Position numbers and translations under genes: made by a program. The notes beneath the pieces are model-generated. The model worked only from the letters and a program-made list of their open reading frames with translations, was not told where the DNA came from and did no database searches. Shown here one piece after another: positions 59,117 to 64,000 of a stretch of DNA of 64,000 nucleotides (position 1 is its first letter; each line of letters opens with the position of its first letter). Origin of the DNA: an uncultured Oscillibacter sp. (GTDB lineage: Bacteria > Bacillota > Clostridia > Oscillospirales > Oscillospiraceae); the NCBI GenBank assembly GCA_910587875.1, contig CAJUOD010000002.1, positions 2,890-66,889 of the forward strand, read 5' to 3'.

Positions 59117-59854
59117 ATGCCAAAAGCGAAGTATGACGAGATCTATCTGGACCTGAAGCGGGCCGTGGAGAGCGGCGCATATCCCTACGGCTCCCTGCTG
59201 CCCTCGGAGAACACGCTGATTACCCGGTATGACTGTTCGAGAAACACCATCCGCCGGGCGCTGGCGGGACTGGGGGAGGACGGCTATGTCCAGTCCATCC
59301 ACGGCAAAGGCGTGCGGGTGATTTACCAGCCCTCGGAGCGGGCGTCCTTTACGGTGGGGGGCATTGAGTCCTTCCACGAAACCGCCCGGCGGAACCAGCT
59401 GAACGTGGTGACAAAGGTCGTGCGCTTTGAGGAGGCGGTGGTGGACCAGCGGGCGGCGGAAGAAAGCGGCTTCCCGGCGGGGGAACAGGTCTACAACATC
59501 CTGCGGGTCCGGTATCTGGACGGGAAGCCTTTGATTTTGGACTACAACCTCTTTTTAAAGTCCCTGGTTCCCGGCCTGACGGCGGAGATCGCGGAGCGGT
59601 CCATCTATGCCTACATTGAAAAAGAGCTAGGTATGCAGATCGTCACCAGCAAGCGGACCATCACGGTGGAGCACGCCTCGGCGGAGGACAAGCGGCTGCT
59701 GGTTCTGGGGGATTACAACTGCCTGGCCGTGGTGACGGGGCAGACCTTCAACGCCGACGGGCTGCTGTTTGAATATACCCAGTCCCGGCACCAGCCGGAT
59801 TATTTCAGCTTCCATGATACCGCAACCAGAAAGAAAAAGGAATTGCTCACATGA
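59117..59854 (+). CDS. treR: Trehalose repressor (GntR/UTRA)
   Basis: LPSENTL..SRNTIRRAL..GKGVRV; FEYTQSRH.PD.F.F. Confidence 0.92.
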   Translation: MPKAKYDEIYLDLKRAVESGAYPYGSLLPSENTLITRYDCSRNTIRRALAGLGEDGYVQSIHGKGVRVIYQPSERASFTVGGIESFHETARRNQLNVVTKVVRFEEAVVDQRAAEESGFPAGEQVYNILRVRYLDGKPLILDYNLFLKSLVPGLTAEIAERSIYAYIEKELGMQIVTSKRTITVEHASAEDKRLLVLGDYNCLAVVTGQTFNADGLLFEYTQSRHQPDYFSFHDTATRKKKELLT

Positions 59855-60654
59855 AAAACGACATCAAACTGGTGGCCGTGGATATCGACGGCACCTTTGT
59901 CCGCTCTGATTATACATACGACATCCCCCGCTTTCAGCGTATTTTGTCCCGCATGAAAGAAGCTGGCTGCCATTTCGTAGTAGCCAGCGGAAACCAGTAT
60001 TATCAGCTGCGGGACCTGTTTCCGGGCTGTCACGAGGAGCTGGCCTTCGTGGCGGAGAACGGGGCCTTTGTCAAGGACCGGAAGGAGCTTGTCTTTGCCG
60101 CGGAGATACCAAAGGAAACCGTGGATTTTGTACTGGACGTATGCAGCGAATACCCGGAGATATGGAACGTCTTGTGCGGGCTGGACAGCGCATACTGCCA
60201 GCGCGGCATGGTGAGCCAGGCGTTTTTTGAGCGTACAGGCAACTATTACCACCGTTTGCGGTGGGCGGACGACCTGAAAGCGGTGAAGGACCAAATCCTA
60301 AAATTCGCGCCGACGGTCCCGGAGGAAAAGACCGATTTTTATTACGACATGTTCCGGGAACGGCTTCAAGGGAAGCTGGAGCCCACGACCAGCGGGCGGG
60401 GCTCCATTGATTTGATTCTCCCCGGCTGCCACAAGGCGTCCGGCCTGAAGCGGCTGGCGGAGCGCTGGGGCATTTCGGCGGAGCAGTGCGCCGCCTTTGG
60501 AGATGGGGGAAATGATATCGAGATGCTGCGGTACTGCGGCTACAGCTACGCCATGGAAAACGCCCCGGAAGAGTTAAAACGCGTGGCAAAGGAAGTGTGC
60601 CCTTCCAATGAGAATGACGGGGTTCTGGTTACGCTGGAAAAGATATTGATGTGA
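59851..60654 (+). CDS. Cof-type HAD phosphatase
   Basis: DIDGT, ASGNQY, FGDGGNDIEML. Confidence 0.93.
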   Translation: MKNDIKLVAVDIDGTFVRSDYTYDIPRFQRILSRMKEAGCHFVVASGNQYYQLRDLFPGCHEELAFVAENGAFVKDRKELVFAAEIPKETVDFVLDVCSEYPEIWNVLCGLDSAYCQRGMVSQAFFERTGNYYHRLRWADDLKAVKDQILKFAPTVPEEKTDFYYDMFRERLQGKLEPTTSGRGSIDLILPGCHKASGLKRLAERWGISAEQCAAFGDGGNDIEMLRYCGYSYAMENAPEELKRVAKEVCPSNENDGVLVTLEKILM

Positions 60655-60699
60655 GGGCTTTCGCCTTTCCCTGTGAGAAGTTCTTCCATTATAAAGGAG

Positions 60700-60725
60700 A
60701 GGGGCTGTTCATCCGAACAGCCCCT
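60700..60725. terminator. Hairpin terminator between convergent genes
   Basis: AGGGGCTGTTC-ATCC-GAACAGCCCCT. Confidence 0.7.
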
Positions 60726-60746
60726 TCATTCTGCGTCAGATTTCCC

Positions 60747-61229
60747 TCATTCGATACCCAAGGACTGGACCCATGCCGCCAGTCCGGCCCGGTCGGCGCT
60801 TCCAAAACGTTTGCCGGGTTTCCACTTCGTTTCCCTGGAGCAGCTGGGGCGCAGGGCGTCCTCCGTCCTGCCCATGCCGCTGCCGCCGGAGGTGGCGAAG
60901 GGAATTACCGTCTTGCCGGAAAAATCATAGCCCTCCAAAAACGTGTTGATGATGGTCGGAGCCACATACCACCAGATCGGGAACCCAACAAACACGACGT
61001 CGTACTGCTCCATGTCCTCCACGTGATTGCCAATTTCCGGACGGAAAGCCGGATCGTTCATTTCAATCGTACTCCGGCTCTTTTTGTCCGTCCAGTCCAG
61101 GTCCGCCTGGGTGTAGGGAACGGCGGGCTTGATCTCATGGAGGTCCGCTCCGGCCATTTCTGCCAGAGTCTTTGCCAGCCTCGCCGTCACGCCGCTGGCG
61201 GAGAAATACGCGACCAGAATCTTTGCGAT
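60747..61229 (-). CDS. Flavodoxin with ATC at the expected start codon
   Basis: AKILVAYFSASGVT, GFPIWW, FATSGGSG; AGGAGG 8 nt before ATC. Confidence 0.8.
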   Translation of the reverse strand: MAKILVAYFSASGVTARLAKTLAEMAGADLHEIKPAVPYTQADLDWTDKKSRSTIEMNDPAFRPEIGNHVEDMEQYDVVFVGFPIWWYVAPTIINTFLEGYDFSGKTVIPFATSGGSGMGRTEDALRPSCSRETKWKPGKRFGSADRAGLAAWVQSLGIE

Positions 61230-61362
61230 GGTAATATCCTCCTGTTCATGCTTGGTGTGTTTTCACTGATGAGCAGTCTATCACAAAACCGGGCGGCGCA
61301 CAAGATAGAGCTCTTGACATCCACTTATGGATTCCTTCTGCTGGCGTGCGACAGCAAAATAG

Positions 61363-62676
61363 TTATTGATAATCATTCAGCGCGAACAACTCGATGCCTT
61401 CGTCCTTCCCCAGATTCCGGCTGTACTGCCGCTGGGTCGAGTTGTTCCAGTGCTCGTGAACGCCCAGATTTTTGACCGCATGCCCCCGGCTGTCAGTGTA
61501 GACGGTTCCAGAGGGAGCGGCGGACACCAGCCCCGCCTCGTGGAGATAGTTCTCCACCGTGGGATTGTTCCGCAGGGAACTGTTGCGGCTAGTGACGGCC
61601 GATTCGTTCATCAGAAAGTCCGCCCCCACGCTGTCAATGGCCACCGGGTCCTGGGAGGCAAACACGCTGGAGGTATAGTCCCCGTTGAAGGGAGCCTGCT
61701 GCCACCGGGCGTTCTCCCCGGTGATGGATGCCCCCTCTGAGGGGGCGCAGATCAGCGCGTCCAGCATATAGAGGACGGTTTTGCCGCCCAGGTCCGCGTT
61801 GGCCATCAGGTCCACCAGAGGACTGTAAATGCCCATCTCGTTCCGGGTCAGCCATTGGTGGAGGTTGGCCCCCTCCGGGGGACGCATCCGGTTCCCATTG
61901 ATGAAGGAGCCGAAGTGATTTTTCCCGCAGAGGGTAATTCCGTAGCTGTGCCCCTTCAGATTGGCCAGGTTGATGACATATTTCGCCTCCGTGACGCAGG
62001 TGGGCAGATAGTTCACCTTGCCGCTGAACGGGTGGGACCAGAGGATTGGGGTGTTTTCATCCGCCGCGCCGTTGTTCCGTCCCACGAAATTCACGCCCCG
62101 GAGATTGCCGCCGGTACACAGCTCCACCATATAGTCGGGGAACAACCGGGACACGTCGTAGACCGTGATATCGGACGGGGCCGCTCCCGCGTCCTTCACC
62201 AGAGAGGTCAGAAGGGCCTTCAGCAAAACGGGGTTGGTGTAGCTCATCCGCGTCCGGCCTGACGAGTCATCGTCATTGACTCCGGAGCCGTTGATATTGG
62301 CCTTGATGGCGATTTTTTCCCCGGCGGCATATCCACTGCCGCCGTTGTGCGCCTGGAACAGCGCGGCCCAGCCCTCCCTGGCGCCGTCCTTGCCGCCCAG
62401 GGAAGCGATGCTGCCATCTACCATGCGCTGGATGACCGCTTCATCAAAGTTGTCCGGCTGCCACCAATAGCCCTCGCCGTCCCAATCCACGGAATCCGGG
62501 TCATGGGCCCAAACGACCCGCCCCGGCATCGCGCCGATTCCCGTGCCATAGGGCTCGTGCTGGGGATATACGCCGTCATAAATCATAGATGCCTCCGGTT
62601 TGGTTTGTGCTTGTGTGCAGGCCGGGGCCGTGAAGAGGACCATCGCGGCCAGAAACGAGCTGATAATCTGTCTCAT
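61363..62676 (-). CDS. Exported DUF362-like protein
   Basis: Signal peptide; EKIAIKAN, INLANLKGH, ITLCGKNHFG, SQDPVAIDSV. Confidence 0.75.
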   Translation of the reverse strand: MRQIISSFLAAMVLFTAPACTQAQTKPEASMIYDGVYPQHEPYGTGIGAMPGRVVWAHDPDSVDWDGEGYWWQPDNFDEAVIQRMVDGSIASLGGKDGAREGWAALFQAHNGGSGYAAGEKIAIKANINGSGVNDDDSSGRTRMSYTNPVLLKALLTSLVKDAGAAPSDITVYDVSRLFPDYMVELCTGGNLRGVNFVGRNNGAADENTPILWSHPFSGKVNYLPTCVTEAKYVINLANLKGHSYGITLCGKNHFGSFINGNRMRPPEGANLHQWLTRNEMGIYSPLVDLMANADLGGKTVLYMLDALICAPSEGASITGENARWQQAPFNGDYTSSVFASQDPVAIDSVGADFLMNESAVTSRNSSLRNNPTVENYLHEAGLVSAAPSGTVYTDSRGHAVKNLGVHEHWNNSTQRQYSRNLGKDEGIELFALNDYQ

Positions 62677-62677
62677 G

Positions 62678-63652
62678 TCAGTTCAAATATTCCCGGAAGA
62701 AGGTTTCCAGCTTGTCAAACGGAATCATATCCATCCGGTCGTATAAATCGGTGTGGACCGCACCGGGGATGATGAGCAGCTCCTTATTGTCCCCGGTCAG
62801 CTTGGCGAACGCGTCCCTGCTGAAATAGCAGGAGTGGGCCTTCTCGCCGTGCATCACCAGAACGGCGCCGCGGATTTCATTGGCATACTGCAAAATGGGC
62901 TGATTGAGGAAAGACATACAGCCTGTTACATTCCAGCCGCCGTTGGAGTTAAGGGAACGGGGATGATAGCCCCGGCTGGTCTTGTAATAGTCGTAGTAGT
63001 CCTTAACAAAGAAAGGCGCGTCCTCCGGCAGCGGGTCCGCAACGCCGCCGCCCAAGGCATATTCCCCGCTCTTGTAGTCAAGGGTCCGCTGGGCGTTCAT
63101 GGCCCGGCGTTTTTCATAACGGCCCTCCTCGCTGTCCTCGGCGTCGAAGTAGCCCTTGGCATTGACCCGGGTCATATCGTACATGGTGGAGGTCACTGTG
63201 GCCTTGATCTGGGTGTCGATGGCCGCCGCGTTCAGGGCCATGCCGCCCCAGCCGCAGATTCCGATAATCCCGATCTTTTCCGGGTCCACATTCTCCTGCA
63301 CGGACAGGAAATCCACCGCCGCCTGGAAATCCTCGGTGTTGATGTCCGGGGAGGCCATGTACCGGGGCTGTCCGCCGCTCTCGCCGGTAAAGGACGGGTC
63401 GAAGGCGATCGTCAGGAAGCCCCGCTCCGCCATTTCCTGGGCGTACAGCCCGGCGGCCTGCTCCTTCACCGCCCCGAAGGGACCGCATACGGCGAGGGCG
63501 GGCAGCTTCCCGGTATGGCCCTTGGGGGTATAGAGGTCAGCGGCCAGGGTGATGCCGTAGCGGTTGTGGAAGGTCACTTTGCGGTGGTTCGTTTTCGAGC
63601 TTTGCGGGAAGGTCTTATCCCAGCCTTCCGTCAAGGTCAGTTTTTCGTCCAT
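62678..63652 (-). CDS. Alpha/beta hydrolase (YcjY-like)
   Basis: GPFGAVKEQ, FDPSFTGESGG, GICGWGG, HTDLYD. Confidence 0.9.
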   Translation of the reverse strand: MDEKLTLTEGWDKTFPQSSKTNHRKVTFHNRYGITLAADLYTPKGHTGKLPALAVCGPFGAVKEQAAGLYAQEMAERGFLTIAFDPSFTGESGGQPRYMASPDINTEDFQAAVDFLSVQENVDPEKIGIIGICGWGGMALNAAAIDTQIKATVTSTMYDMTRVNAKGYFDAEDSEEGRYEKRRAMNAQRTLDYKSGEYALGGGVADPLPEDAPFFVKDYYDYYKTSRGYHPRSLNSNGGWNVTGCMSFLNQPILQYANEIRGAVLVMHGEKAHSCYFSRDAFAKLTGDNKELLIIPGAVHTDLYDRMDMIPFDKLETFFREYLN

Positions 63653-63673
63653 GGCAGTTTCCTCCTGCGATCA

Positions 63674-63910
63674 TCATGATTTGGTTTGCTTCTCTATTTT
63701 GTAGATCAGGTAATCCAGACAGTCGATCCCCTTTTCATCCGCGTGAAGGGCGTCCAGCAGCGTCCGCCGGTGGCGGGCAAGAATCTCCTTCAGCTCGGCG
63801 GTCCGCCGCTTCTGGTCCAGGGTCATACAGCACCGCACCATCTCCCGGTCACAGCCCGCGTCAATCAGGTTCTGCCGCAGGAACCCCTTGTGGTCTGATG
63901 CTTCCGGCAC
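63674..63910 (-). CDS. Small conserved hypothetical protein
   Basis: QNLIDAGC..L..HR..LLD.LH..IDCLDYLIY; GGAGG RBS. Confidence 0.7.
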   Translation of the reverse strand: MPEASDHKGFLRQNLIDAGCDREMVRCCMTLDQKRRTAELKEILARHRRTLLDALHADEKGIDCLDYLIYKIEKQTKS

Positions 63911-64000
63911 ACGCTCACCTCCTATGGCAAGAGTATACTGCCCCGCAGCTGAAATGGCAAATACCCGTTTTCTATACCTGGATATTCTTGTAACGAATGA

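Noticed and set aside
60651..61475. 274-aa plus-strand ORF
   Set aside because: Antisense to the flavodoxin gene

Overview
A GC-rich Firmicute chromosome segment, probably Oscillospiraceae (inferred from SLH proteins and gene style). 1-12064: right end of a prophage-like element with ParB/ParA, DnaB helicase, a replication initiator with internal iterons, a Cro/CI switch and a DUF4041 moron. It ends in a ~1.35-kb promoter- and hairpin-rich non-coding region that leads into a coupled operon of tyrosine recombinase, excisionase and integrase. 12020-26564: a second ~14.5-kb element integrated in tandem at the same tRNA-Pro(CGG) site (45-bp direct repeat), carrying a serine resolvase and six cell-surface protein genes. 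26.8-31.9 kb: GntR and an ECF sigma/anti-sigma locus with two secreted anti-sigma paralogs. 32-38.9 kb: a co-oriented cluster of deaminase-fold protein, putative beta-pore-former, XRE regulator, holin-like protein and endolysin. The rest holds a toxin/immunity relic, gdhA, an aminotransferase-containing sugar catabolic operon, a deletion-scarred island, the trehalose tre locus and redox/hydrolase genes. Best candidates for undescribed systems are the structured-RNA leader plus tyrosine recombinase (8.2-10.5 kb) and the putative toxin/holin/endolysin locus (32-38.9 kb). Family assignments come from motif recognition only; no searches were run.
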